Shown here piece by piece: positions 10,130-19,334 of a stretch of 64,000 nucleotides of DNA. The notes below the pieces were generated by a model. The model saw nothing but the letters and a program-made list of their open reading frames with translations, did no database searches and was not told where the DNA came from. Source of the DNA: Gammaproteobacteria bacterium. Its GTDB lineage: Bacteria > Pseudomonadota > Gammaproteobacteria > UBA4575. Positions within the stretch are counted from its first letter, which is position 1. Every line of letters begins with the position of its first letter. The stretch covers positions 8,524-72,523 of the forward strand of contig CBDCTA010000005.1 in assembly GCA_965221955.1 (NCBI GenBank), read 5' to 3'. The translations under genes and the position numbers were made by a program.

Positions 10130-11572
10130 ATGAAAAAAATATCATTTTTGACTTCTACGTTACTATTTTTCTGTCTCACGCAAATCGCGGTTGCCGAAGA
10201 TGAAATACGAAGTACGCTTGAAGATCAACAAGAGGTCGCAGTTACCATCTATAACGAGCAATTAGCACTTGTTAAAGATTCAAGACGAATCAAGTTAGAT
10301 AATGGATTTAATCGCCTTGCATATCGTGAAGTGAGCGCACAAATGCGACCTGAAACCGCGTTACTTCGAAGTATCGACCATCCTGATGGGTTTCGTTTGA
10401 TTGAACAAAATTTTGACTTTGATTTATTAACCCCACAGAAACTTCTAGAAAAATATGTGGGTAAAAAAGTTAGAGTAGTTAGAACACATCCAACTACTGG
10501 TGAAGAAAGAACTGAAGAAGCCGAAGTCTTAAGTGTAAATAATGGTGTTGTGTTAAGGGTTGGAAATCGAGTTGAAACCGGTTATCCAGGTCGAATTATT
10601 TATGATGAGGTGCCTGAGAATTTGCGCGATCGTCCAACGCTGGTGATTTCGCTGGAAAGTGGTACCTCTAAAACTCAAGATTTACAGTTAAGTTATTTAA
10701 CCGGTGGCTTAGGTTGGAAAGCGGACTATGTTGCCGAGTTGGATGAATCAGATCAATTTGTCGATTTGACGGGTTGGGTTACGTTAACGAACCAAAGTGG
10801 TGCCACGTATAAGAATGCTAAATTGCAATTAGTTGCGGGTGATGTGAATCAAGTGCGTCAAGAAATGAATATTCTGCAGCGGAATATGTCTGGGAAAGTG
10901 GGTATGGCAAAAGCAGCAGCACCTGCAATGGTTGAAGAGGGGTTGTTTGAATATCACCTTTATACTTTGCAACGCCCAACTACTATTTCTCATAATCAAA
11001 CCAAGCAAGTGTCTTTACTAAGCGCAACCAAAATTCCTGTTAAAAAAGAATTTTTGCTACAAGGTCAAAATTATTACTACCGCAGCTCGTATGGGCAAAT
11101 TGGCCAAAAATTGAAAGTGGGCGTGTTTGTAGAGTTTGAAAATAAAGAAGAGTCTAATCTTGGTATGCCTTTGCCTAAAGGTGTAGTGCGAGTTTATAAA
11201 AATGATCAATCCGGTAATGCACAATTTGTTGGCGAAGATCGTATTGATCATACGCCTAAAAACGAAGAAATTAAGCTAAAACTTGGCGATGCGTTTGATG
11301 TGACGGCAGATAAAAAGCAAACCAACTTTAAAAAAGCGACCGCTATAGGAAAATATAGCCAAGCCTACACCGCAAGCTTTGAAGTAATATTAAAAAATGC
11401 TAAAGATGAAGCAGTGGAAGTCGTAGTTCGTGAACCCATCCCGGGTGACTGGAAAATGAAGCAAGAAAGCCATCAGCACAAAAAAGTAGCAGCTGGTACT
11501 GCGGAATGGAGAATAAAAGTACCTGCTGAAGGCAAAACTACATTAAGCTATGATGTGTTGGTTCGTTACTAA
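10130..11572 (+). CDS. DUF4139/DUF4140 secreted protein, copy 2 (tandem paralog)
   Basis: Long stretches identical in protein to copy 1; SD AAGGA upstream. Confidence 0.82.
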   Translation: MKKISFLTSTLLFFCLTQIAVAEDEIRSTLEDQQEVAVTIYNEQLALVKDSRRIKLDNGFNRLAYREVSAQMRPETALLRSIDHPDGFRLIEQNFDFDLLTPQKLLEKYVGKKVRVVRTHPTTGEERTEEAEVLSVNNGVVLRVGNRVETGYPGRIIYDEVPENLRDRPTLVISLESGTSKTQDLQLSYLTGGLGWKADYVAELDESDQFVDLTGWVTLTNQSGATYKNAKLQLVAGDVNQVRQEMNILQRNMSGKVGMAKAAAPAMVEEGLFEYHLYTLQRPTTISHNQTKQVSLLSATKIPVKKEFLLQGQNYYYRSSYGQIGQKLKVGVFVEFENKEESNLGMPLPKGVVRVYKNDQSGNAQFVGEDRIDHTPKNEEIKLKLGDAFDVTADKKQTNFKKATAIGKYSQAYTASFEVILKNAKDEAVEVVVREPIPGDWKMKQESHQHKKVAAGTAEWRIKVPAEGKTTLSYDVLVRY

Positions 11573-11591
11573 GTTGAAGCAATAATAAATT

Positions 11592-12494
11592 TTGTATAAC
11601 GCAAAGCCTCTAGACTGGCTGGGTATGGTGGCGCTTGTCATCATGTTTGGTAGTGCCTTCATGTTTACAAAGATCTCTGTTCAAGAGTATCCACCTGTGA
11701 TTGTAACGGCGGGTAGAATCATCATTGCTGCTGGTTTATTGTTGTTAATTTCTGTAATTAGAAGAGATTCTTTTACATTTATTCGGCGACATTGGGGACT
11801 ATTAATTGCGCTAGCATTTTTTGGAAGTTGTTTGCCTTTTTATTTAATTAGTTGGGGGCAGCAAACAGTAGACAGCAGTATTGCTGGGATTCTGATGGCG
11901 GTGATGCCATTAACGACTATTGTGTTAGCACATTTTTTTGTTGTTGATGAAAAACTAACCACAAATAAAGTCATTGGTTTTTTTCTAGGGTTTGTAGGTA
12001 TTCTCGTATTATTCGGGCCCGGAGCATTGGCTAATTTCGAAAGTGACGTGAATAGATTGCTAGCAATGCTCGCGATATTAGCAGGAGCGATAAGTTATGC
12101 TGTGAATACAATTATTGCTAAACGCTTGCCCAAAGAAAGTTTTGTGGCGATGTCGGCAGCAGTTTTAATAATTGCTAGTCTGCTTATGTTACCTTCAATA
12201 TTTATATCCAATCTAGATTGGACATTTTCAATTAGAAGCATTGAGTTCGCTTCTTTGGTTTTATTGGGTGTTTTCCCTACCGCAGTGGCTACCATCATTT
12301 ATTTTGCAGTAATCGCAAGAGTGGGGCCTTCATTTTTAGCACAAATAAATTATTTAATTCCTGTTTGGGCTGTATTAGTGGGGGTTGTATTCTTAAATGA
12401 AAAGATCGGTTTCAATGCAATTATCGCTTTATTTATTATTTTACTTGGAATTGCACTTGCACAACGTAAGAAATTATCGTTCGCGAGATTTTAA
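11592..12494 (+). CDS. DMT/EamA family transporter
   Basis: About 10 TM helices in two repeats, SWGQQTVDSSIAGILMA. Confidence 0.85.
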   Translation: MYNAKPLDWLGMVALVIMFGSAFMFTKISVQEYPPVIVTAGRIIIAAGLLLLISVIRRDSFTFIRRHWGLLIALAFFGSCLPFYLISWGQQTVDSSIAGILMAVMPLTTIVLAHFFVVDEKLTTNKVIGFFLGFVGILVLFGPGALANFESDVNRLLAMLAILAGAISYAVNTIIAKRLPKESFVAMSAAVLIIASLLMLPSIFISNLDWTFSIRSIEFASLVLLGVFPTAVATIIYFAVIARVGPSFLAQINYLIPVWAVLVGVVFLNEKIGFNAIIALFIILLGIALAQRKKLSFARF

Positions 12495-12518
12495 GAACAA
12501 CAAATTAAGGACTTTAGA

Positions 12519-12884
12519 ATGCAAAAGAATGTGCTTGGTGGTGATTTGCAGAGCTGTTGTGAGGAATTGTTAACAGGCTACTTTCGAAACGGGCGTTGTG
12601 ATACTGATGAACATGATATTGGCATGCATACTGTGTGTGCAAATGTAACGAAAGAATTTTTAGAATTTTCTAAGATAAAAGGAAATGACTTAACTACACC
12701 TTATCCAGAAGCAGATTTCCCAGGTTTGAAACCTGGAGATAAATGGTGTTTGTGCGTGCAGCGCTGGATAGAAGCGCTAGAGGAAAATAAAGCGCCTAAT
12801 ATTTATTTACAGGCAACACATAGTTCAGTGTTGGAATATGTTGAACTAGAAGTGCTTGCAAAATATGCGCTAGATAAAAATTAA
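12519..12884 (+). CDS. DUF2237 family protein
   Basis: NVLGGDLQSC, TGYFRNGRC, HTVCA, GNDLTTP, PGLKPGDKWCLC. Confidence 0.88.
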   Translation: MQKNVLGGDLQSCCEELLTGYFRNGRCDTDEHDIGMHTVCANVTKEFLEFSKIKGNDLTTPYPEADFPGLKPGDKWCLCVQRWIEALEENKAPNIYLQATHSSVLEYVELEVLAKYALDKN

Positions 12885-12913
12885 CATTTGTTCTAGTTTC
12901 AAGGAGGGTTAAT

Positions 12914-13420
12914 TTATTCTCTAGAGATGAATGCTTCAAGCGCCTCAGGTTTTACTGGGCCTGGATTATGACCTACTAAATGACCGTCTGGGTTAAACAT
13001 CAAAAATGTAGGTGTACCACGTAAAGGTTCTTCTGTCGCAGATTGGTAATTAAAAGCGACTACAGTAATTTCCCCAATTAAATTATCAAATGTCATTGGC
13101 ATCTCATCGATGTGCTGAGTAATCTTATCAAGCTCGGAATAACCGTCCAAAGAAACGCCAATTACTTTTGCTTTAGTATCTTTATGTTTGTCATGAAACT
13201 CTGAAATAACAGGGTATTCGCGTTGGCAAATTCCACAATCTGTTGTCCATAACATTACTAGGGTCCATTTATCTTTTTCAAAGTGCTGAGATAGAGTAGT
13301 AAACTTGCCTTCAAGCGTTCTGACTTCTGTCCAGTCAGACGCCATAGCGCCATAACTAAACAGCAACAGAATAAGTAGGCTGGCGATACATATGGATTGA
13401 AATAAATATGTGCGTTTCAT
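12914..13420 (-). CDS. TlpA/redoxin family periplasmic thioredoxin-fold protein
   Basis: Signal peptide, WTTDCGIC CxxC, GTPTF cis-Pro motif; start at ATG 13420 preferred. Confidence 0.8.
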   Translation of the reverse strand: MKRTYLFQSICIASLLILLLFSYGAMASDWTEVRTLEGKFTTLSQHFEKDKWTLVMLWTTDCGICQREYPVISEFHDKHKDTKAKVIGVSLDGYSELDKITQHIDEMPMTFDNLIGEITVVAFNYQSATEEPLRGTPTFLMFNPDGHLVGHNPGPVKPEALEAFISRE

Positions 13421-13550
13421 AATGTTGGGGTTGAGTATAATCTTAGTTAACACAACTATCAGTGTGCTGATTTTAGCTTAGAGTTAGTGGATAATTCGAT
13501 AGTTCCGATGTGCTGCACTAATATACATAACAAATAACGAGCGAACAAAT

Positions 13551-14429
13551 ATGTCAAACAAAGATCTTCCATATAGCAGTATTCAGAGCGTGCTAGACCA
13601 GGTAGGTGCTTTGGCATTTCCAGGTATTTACGACACGCTTTCTGCAAAAATTGCCGAGCAAGTAGGGTTTCCCATGGGGTTCATTTCAGGATATTCACTT
13701 GCGGCGGCCACCATAGGGGAACCTGATTTTGGACTACTTACCCAAACCGAAGTAGTGGAACGAGCACGTGCTATTTGCAGTAGTGTTTCTATGCCTATTA
13801 TTGTAGATGCAGATACCGGATATGGTAATCCATTAAATGTTCATCGTACGGTTACACAGTTAATTGATGCAGGTGCAAAAGGATGCTTTTTAGAAGATCA
13901 AGTTTGGCCAAAAAAATGTGGCCATATGCGTAATAAAAAAGTCATCGAACGTGAGGAATATCTATATAAAATTCAAGCAGCCGTTGATGCAAGAGGCAAT
14001 AGTGATTTCTTTATTGTTGCACGTACTGATGCTGAAGCGGTTTTAGGTTTAGATGAAGCAATTGCAAGAGTAAAAGCAGCACGTAAAATTGGAGCTAATG
14101 CGAGCTTTGTTGAAGCACCTGGTTCATTAGAACAACTGAAAAGAATAGGACAAGAATCGCCGCATCCTAATGTTGCTAACATGATTGAGGGGGGAGCTAC
14201 TCCTGTATTACCTAAGAGCAAGTTAGAAGAATTAGGCTTCCACTTAATTCTTTACCCCCTCACAGGTTTGTTTACAGCAGGTAAGGCAATGCGAGATATC
14301 TATTCAAAATTACAAAACGATGGTACAACGCTTGGTATGGAAGAAGCCTTGTTAAACTTTGAAGAGTTTAATGATTTGATTGGAGTTGAAGAGAAGTATA
14401 AGCAGTCTGAAAAATATGGTGTTAAGTGA
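13551..14429 (+). CDS. Isocitrate lyase/PEP mutase family enzyme (methylisocitrate lyase/oxaloacetate decarboxylase-like)
   Basis: DADTGYG, LEDQVWPKKCGH, IVARTDA, NMIEGG. Confidence 0.88.
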   Translation: MSNKDLPYSSIQSVLDQVGALAFPGIYDTLSAKIAEQVGFPMGFISGYSLAAATIGEPDFGLLTQTEVVERARAICSSVSMPIIVDADTGYGNPLNVHRTVTQLIDAGAKGCFLEDQVWPKKCGHMRNKKVIEREEYLYKIQAAVDARGNSDFFIVARTDAEAVLGLDEAIARVKAARKIGANASFVEAPGSLEQLKRIGQESPHPNVANMIEGGATPVLPKSKLEELGFHLILYPLTGLFTAGKAMRDIYSKLQNDGTTLGMEEALLNFEEFNDLIGVEEKYKQSEKYGVK

Positions 14430-14554
14430 AGGAAGCCTTGATTTAACTTGGTTGCTTCGTTAAAAGATACCTCGAAATCGTTCATGTATATTTAAATACA
14501 TCATACTCTTCTCGATATTTTTTGCCTCGTCCCAAGCTAAATTAATACTTCTTT
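14429..14554 (+). mobile_element. MITE-like intergenic repeat, family M copy A
   Basis: Imperfect TIRs AAGGAAGCCTTGATTTA / TAAATTAATACTTCTTT; core similar to 50539-50674 and to the reverse complement of 62104-62236. Confidence 0.7.
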
Positions 14555-16064
14555 AGGTTTCTATTATTTTTATTAGGTTTGGACTTAGTAAATAAGCTAA
14601 AGTGGTAAGCATTAACAAACATAATAAGTTTAACCAAAAACCTGATTTTCTCATTTCAGGCATAGAAATGTGTCCTGATCCAAAAACAATTGCGTTAGGT
14701 GGTGTTGCAATTGGCAGCATAAACGCACAGCTCGCTGCAATAGCTGCAGGAATGATAAGTATATAAGGGTGTATGTTTAATGCAGGGGCTATGGCGGCAA
14801 GCACGGGTACTAACGTTGCAGTGGTTGCAGTATTCGACGTAAGTTCAGTAAGAAATACAACTGCACTCACAATAATCAAAAGGATAAGTAGTGGCGGCAA
14901 AATTGAAAGAATGGTTGCTTGTGCACCAATAAATTCAGTTACACCATTTGCTTTTACTGCTGCAGCTAAACTTAAACCACCGCCTAACAAGATTAATATC
15001 CCCCAAGGTAGTTCTTTTAAGTTCTCCCATTGTAAAATAAACGACTGGTTTTTTGATTTACTAGGGATTAGAAATAATGTAATCGCGGCAAAGATTGCAA
15101 TACTGGAGTCCGTCAGGCCAGCTAGTGGTTTGTAATGGTTTCCATTTAATGAGAATTCTATGTTTTGTAAAAATGTGCGGCTTAGCCATAAAGCAATGGT
15201 GAAAGAGAAAACAAAACAAACTGCTTTTTCTTCATAGCTCATTTTTCCTAACGCATGTTTTTGCTCACGTAAAGATTGTGATGAGTGGCCAAGTTTGACT
15301 TTATCTACTTTATAAATGAGCTTAGCTAATAACCACCAAGCTACAGGTAATAATATGCATACAACGGGGACTCCAATTTTAGTCCATTGCAGGAAACTGA
15401 TGTCTTGTTGAAAAGGAGAGTCAATGGCGTCTTTAATAAAAGATACTACAAATAGATTTGGTGCTGTTCCAATAATTGTTGCAATGCCACCAATGTTTGC
15501 TGCATAAGCAATGCTTAACATAATGCAGGTTGCAAAAGCTTGTTGATTAAATTCCTTTCCAGCTAACAATACTATGACACTTAAAGCAATCGGTAGCATC
15601 ATTGCAGTGGTGGCTGTATTCGAGATAAACGCACTCAAAAATGCAGTAGCTAACATAAAGCCACCTACAATTCTGGAAGGAGAGTTGCCGATTTTTGTAA
15701 GAATTCCCAAAGCTATACGTTTATCTAAGCTCCAACGTTGAATCGCGATGGCAATAATAAAGCCGCCTAAAAATAAAAATATAATGTGAGATGCATAAGG
15801 CGCTGTTGCTGCTTTAATAGATGCCACCTCAAATAAAGGAAACAATGCGATGGGCATGAGTGCAGTAACAGTGATATGTGTAGCTTCTGTTAACCACCAA
15901 ATTGCCATCCACACGAGTAATGCAATGGTTGCTTTAGCAGGGTGTGCCAGGAGAGTTTGTTCACCATTACTTGCGATATAGTGGTCAGGTAACCACCAAT
16001 AGACCACTAGTGCCAATATGGGGCCAGAAATAAGCCAAATACCCTTGAATTGAGGTGCTTTCAT
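14553..16064 (-). CDS. SLC13/DASS sodium:dicarboxylate/sulfate symporter
   Basis: SNTATTAMMLPI, IGTAPN, FLTELTSNTAT, AFMLPIATPPNAIVF. Confidence 0.92.
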   Translation of the reverse strand: MKAPQFKGIWLISGPILALVVYWWLPDHYIASNGEQTLLAHPAKATIALLVWMAIWWLTEATHITVTALMPIALFPLFEVASIKAATAPYASHIIFLFLGGFIIAIAIQRWSLDKRIALGILTKIGNSPSRIVGGFMLATAFLSAFISNTATTAMMLPIALSVIVLLAGKEFNQQAFATCIMLSIAYAANIGGIATIIGTAPNLFVVSFIKDAIDSPFQQDISFLQWTKIGVPVVCILLPVAWWLLAKLIYKVDKVKLGHSSQSLREQKHALGKMSYEEKAVCFVFSFTIALWLSRTFLQNIEFSLNGNHYKPLAGLTDSSIAIFAAITLFLIPSKSKNQSFILQWENLKELPWGILILLGGGLSLAAAVKANGVTEFIGAQATILSILPPLLILLIIVSAVVFLTELTSNTATTATLVPVLAAIAPALNIHPYILIIPAAIAASCAFMLPIATPPNAIVFGSGHISMPEMRKSGFWLNLLCLLMLTTLAYLLSPNLIKIIET

Positions 16065-16145
16065 ATCTCTTCAGTCTAATAGTTTGATATACCTTTAAAA
16101 AATTTCATTCGCTAGAATATCAATAAGATATTGGCTTTATTAACG

Positions 16146-17168
16146 ATGCAAGCAAAAACACAAATTCAAGATACTTTATCACGACCTATTCGTGATCTAA
16201 GAATTTCGGTTACGGATCGTTGTAATTTTCGTTGCACCTATTGTATGCCGAAAGAAGTGTTCAATTCAGAATATGAGTTTTTACGCAGAGATGATTTGCT
16301 TAGTTTCGAAGAAATCGCTCGAATATCAAAAATTTTCGCAAATATAGGCGTCAAAAAAATTCGTTTAACTGGGGGGGAGCCCTTATTACGAAAGAATCTT
16401 CCAGTTTTAATTAAGCAACTATCAAATATTGATGGAATTGAAGATATCAGTTTAACCACTAATGGTGTTCTTCTAACTACTGAAGTTGCGCAGCAATTAA
16501 AAGATGCAGGCTTGAAACGCATTACCATTAGTTTAGATGCGCTGGATGACGAAACATTTAAAGCGATAAGCGATGTAAATTTTAATGTAGAAAAAGTATT
16601 AGCCTCTGTAGAACATGCTCAGAACGCAGAGCTTGACCCCATTAAAATTAACATGGTGGTGAAAAAAGGTATTAATGAACATTCTATTTTGCCAATGGCG
16701 AAACATTATCACGGCAGTGGCGTTATTTTACGTTTCATTGAATTCATGGATGTGGGTAGCACCAATCAATGGCAAATGGATGATGTGTTTTCTGCTAAAG
16801 AAATTGCAAATGTAATTCATCAAGAGTTGCCTATTGAACCTGCAGAAGCTAATTATCACGGTGAAGTGGCAAAACGCTGGCAATATAAAGATGGTGGTGG
16901 AGAAATTGGAATTATTTCTTCTGTGACGCAACCATTTTGCCAAAGCTGCACACGCGCAAGGCTTTCTGCAGAAGGCAAACTCTATACTTGTTTATTTGCT
17001 ACACAAGGTAAAGATTTACGCCATCTTGTTCGCGAACAAGCAGACGATAAACATATTCAAGATGTCATTACTGCAATTTGGAAAAAACGCAATGATCGTT
17101 ACTCAGAACTACGAACTTCTGAAACCGTCTTGCTCCCAAAAGTAGAAATGTCTTATATTGGTGGGTAA
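16146..17168 (+). CDS. moaA: GTP 3',8-cyclase (radical SAM)
   Basis: LRISVTDRCNFRCTYCMP, TGGEPLLR, FCQSCTRARL, C-terminal MSYIGG. Confidence 0.96.
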   Translation: MQAKTQIQDTLSRPIRDLRISVTDRCNFRCTYCMPKEVFNSEYEFLRRDDLLSFEEIARISKIFANIGVKKIRLTGGEPLLRKNLPVLIKQLSNIDGIEDISLTTNGVLLTTEVAQQLKDAGLKRITISLDALDDETFKAISDVNFNVEKVLASVEHAQNAELDPIKINMVVKKGINEHSILPMAKHYHGSGVILRFIEFMDVGSTNQWQMDDVFSAKEIANVIHQELPIEPAEANYHGEVAKRWQYKDGGGEIGIISSVTQPFCQSCTRARLSAEGKLYTCLFATQGKDLRHLVREQADDKHIQDVITAIWKKRNDRYSELRTSETVLLPKVEMSYIGG

Positions 17169-17170
17169 GC

Positions 17171-17233
17171 GCATGGATGCGCGCATATGATGCCCATCAG
17201 GGATGATGTAACAGATTAAAGTTAGGTATTTTC
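17171..17233 (+). repeat. Leader-like segment shared with 105-169
   Basis: Collinear similarity to the segment behind prc; same 65-nt distance from GCATGGATGC to the palindrome. Confidence 0.8.
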
Positions 17234-17267
17234 AAAATGTCCGCTTTCGGCCATAAGCGGACATTTT
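17234..17267. repeat. Palindromic site copy 1 (perfect 13-8-13)
   Basis: AAAATGTCCGCTT-TCGGCCAT-AAGCGGACATTTT. Confidence 0.92.
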
Positions 17268-17305
17268 AGGTTACTAGTATTTATAATTAGTTATCTACTT
17301 AGAAA

Positions 17306-17593
17306 CTATAAAATATGTCGACGAATTAAAATCCAAGCAAGCGGCAGTAACGCAATCAAAGCCGATATTATTAATGAAGTTCTAAACGTGCCTTCTCGCG
17401 CTTCAATAATACACTGATATACAGCTATTCCTGCAATTACAAAGCTGAGCAACACCGGTATGAGAAACAAAGGTGCTGTAGACCATGCACCCCATCCATC
17501 ATAATTGCGAATATATAATTCAATTCCAACAAGAACTGAAACAGGAATCAAGCAAAGAAATTCTAGTATATGCTTTCGGCCAATAGCGGTCAT
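17306..17593 (-). CDS. Hypothetical small membrane protein (cassette cargo 1)
   Basis: 95 aa with three hydrophobic helices; its ATG lies inside palindrome copy 2. Confidence 0.6.
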   Translation of the reverse strand: MTAIGRKHILEFLCLIPVSVLVGIELYIRNYDGWGAWSTAPLFLIPVLLSFVIAGIAVYQCIIEAREGTFRTSLIISALIALLPLAWILIRRHIL

Positions 17594-17594
17594 T
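17565..17594. repeat. Palindromic site copy 2 (left arm degenerate)
   Basis: AGTATATGCT-TTCGGCCAAT-AGCGGTCATT; spacer identical to the reverse complement of copy 0. Confidence 0.8.
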
Positions 17595-18231
17595 GATTAA
17601 CTGGTTTCCAACGATACCAAGAAATTACTTTCCATTTATCTGCAAACAATAAATTCTGACTTATTCTCTTTGTCTCACTTTCCATGATCAACCATCCATT
17701 TTGGCTTTTACTAAACTTTCGAGTTTCTGATGAACTATGATTGGCTAATACAATAGTATCAACGTTAAATCGTTTCTTTAAAATTAAGTTCCCATTCTCA
17801 CAATGGAAGTCACCATTTTTAATACTTAATGTCTGAGTTCCTTTAGGGGAATTACGTTCCCACATTTTAATACTTAGCTGATCGTGGTTTGGCTGTTGCA
17901 GCTCAGCTACCGTACCAGACAAAACCACTTCACATCTGCTCTGCCATGTCCATCTTTTGCTATGACCTGTCCTATAATAATCTTCAAATTCAGGCATTTT
18001 TTTCGATAAAAGTTGAAAATCTAAACGATAGCAGGAAAGGATTTGAGCTTTTGGGATTTCAGCATCCACATCATAAAATCCTGAAACATTGGGGCATTGA
18101 TTATTTTTATTTTCGTTTTCTAATTTTGACCACTCTATAGGATACTCAACGATTACATCCTCCATATACATGGAACATGAGGTCAGTAAAATAATATGCA
18201 TATAGATGATTGAAATTGAAATCACACGCAT
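17590..18231 (-). CDS. Hypothetical lipoprotein (cassette cargo 2)
   Basis: 213 aa, lipobox LTSC, several Cys; its stop TGA lies inside palindrome copy 2. Confidence 0.65.
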   Translation of the reverse strand: MRVISISIIYMHIILLTSCSMYMEDVIVEYPIEWSKLENENKNNQCPNVSGFYDVDAEIPKAQILSCYRLDFQLLSKKMPEFEDYYRTGHSKRWTWQSRCEVVLSGTVAELQQPNHDQLSIKMWERNSPKGTQTLSIKNGDFHCENGNLILKKRFNVDTIVLANHSSSETRKFSKSQNGWLIMESETKRISQNLLFADKWKVISWYRWKPVNQ

Positions 18232-18259
18232 GTTTCAAGAGCCAATCTTTAGTGTGCTA

Positions 18260-18289
18260 AATGTCCGCTTTGGGTCGTTAAAGGTCATT
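18260..18289. repeat. Palindromic site copy 3 (right arm degenerate)
   Basis: AATGTCCGCT-TTGGGTCGTT-AAAGGTCATT, abutting the moaB stop codon. Confidence 0.78.
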
Positions 18290-18813
18290 TATTTTTCTTT
18301 AAGCCGTGGCATCAACTCCACCAAGTTACATGGCCGACTTCTATAATCGAGCTGGTGTGAAATCAATTTATCCCAGGCTTCTGCACAAGCGCCTGCAGAG
18401 CCCGGTAAACAAAATATATACGTTGCATTGGCAACGCCTGCAAAAGCACGGGATTGCAGGGTGGAAGTTTTAATCGTTTCATAAGACAATACGCGAAACA
18501 TTTCACCAAAACCGGTAATTTCTTTATCCAGCAAAGGGCGAATGGCTTCAGGGGTACCGTCTCGTCCGGTTACACCTGTTCCACCTGTAGTCAGTACGAC
18601 ATCAGACTTTTCCTCAGCAATCCATTTGGCTACTACGGCGCGAATTTTGTAGATATCATCCGGTACAATAATTTTTTCACGTAAGTCATGACCAGCTGTG
18701 GTTAGACGATCGCAAAGTAATTTACCGGACTTGTCGTCTGCTTCTGTGCGGGTATCTGATATTGTTAGAACCGCGACATTTAAAGGCTTAAAAGACCGTT
18801 CGTTGTTACTCAT
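18289..18813 (-). CDS. moaB: Molybdenum cofactor biosynthesis protein B
   Basis: AVLTISDTR, TTGGTGVTGRDGTPEA, GFGEMFR, RPCNLVELMPRL. Confidence 0.93.
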   Translation of the reverse strand: MSNNERSFKPLNVAVLTISDTRTEADDKSGKLLCDRLTTAGHDLREKIIVPDDIYKIRAVVAKWIAEEKSDVVLTTGGTGVTGRDGTPEAIRPLLDKEITGFGEMFRVLSYETIKTSTLQSRAFAGVANATYIFCLPGSAGACAEAWDKLISHQLDYRSRPCNLVELMPRLKEK

Positions 18814-18882
18814 ATATAATAGTAGTTAAATTAAATATTCTATTTACTTAATGTAGCGTACTTAGCATTCAATGTCATAGAA

Positions 18883-19320
18883 ATGAAAGTCGAAATTAGA
18901 GAATCGCAATATGATCCATGGTATGAAGCTTGTGTCCATGAAGAAGAATCTCTACGTAAAGGAGAGCACGGCGCTAAATCTATTTTTATTGGTTCGATGC
19001 GAGATATGAATGAGGGAGATGCTGTTACTTCAATGGTGTTAGAGCATTATCCAGAGATGACGCAAAAGCACTTAGAGGCCATTGCGACAGAAGCATTAAA
19101 AAAATTTGATATTTTAGATGTACTTATTCTTCATCGAGTAGGCGAAGTATTTCCTAGTGATCCGATTGTATGTGTAGTGGTGTGGTCACTACATCGTGGA
19201 GCTGCATATGATGCAAACCGCTTTATTATGGAGGATTTAAAGTCTAAAGCACCGTTTTGGAAAAAAGAGACATTAGCAAGTGAGGCTAACCGTTGGGTGG
19301 AGAAAAACACACCTGGATAA
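18883..19320 (+). CDS. moaE: Molybdopterin synthase catalytic subunit
   Basis: LEHYPEMT, HRVGEV, HRGAAY, LKSKAPFWKKE. Confidence 0.92.
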   Translation: MKVEIRESQYDPWYEACVHEEESLRKGEHGAKSIFIGSMRDMNEGDAVTSMVLEHYPEMTQKHLEAIATEALKKFDILDVLILHRVGEVFPSDPIVCVVVWSLHRGAAYDANRFIMEDLKSKAPFWKKETLASEANRWVEKNTPG

Positions 19321-19334
19321 ATTAGAGCTTATTC

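Noticed and set aside
16065-16145. Moco riboswitch upstream of moaA
   Set aside because: The spacer is too short, AT-rich and shared with a divergent gene; no structure seen
17234-18289. CRISPR array or classical integron attC array
   Set aside because: Spacers are gene-sized and unequal, and there are no cas genes. The sites lack attC R''/R' boxes and no intI is present.
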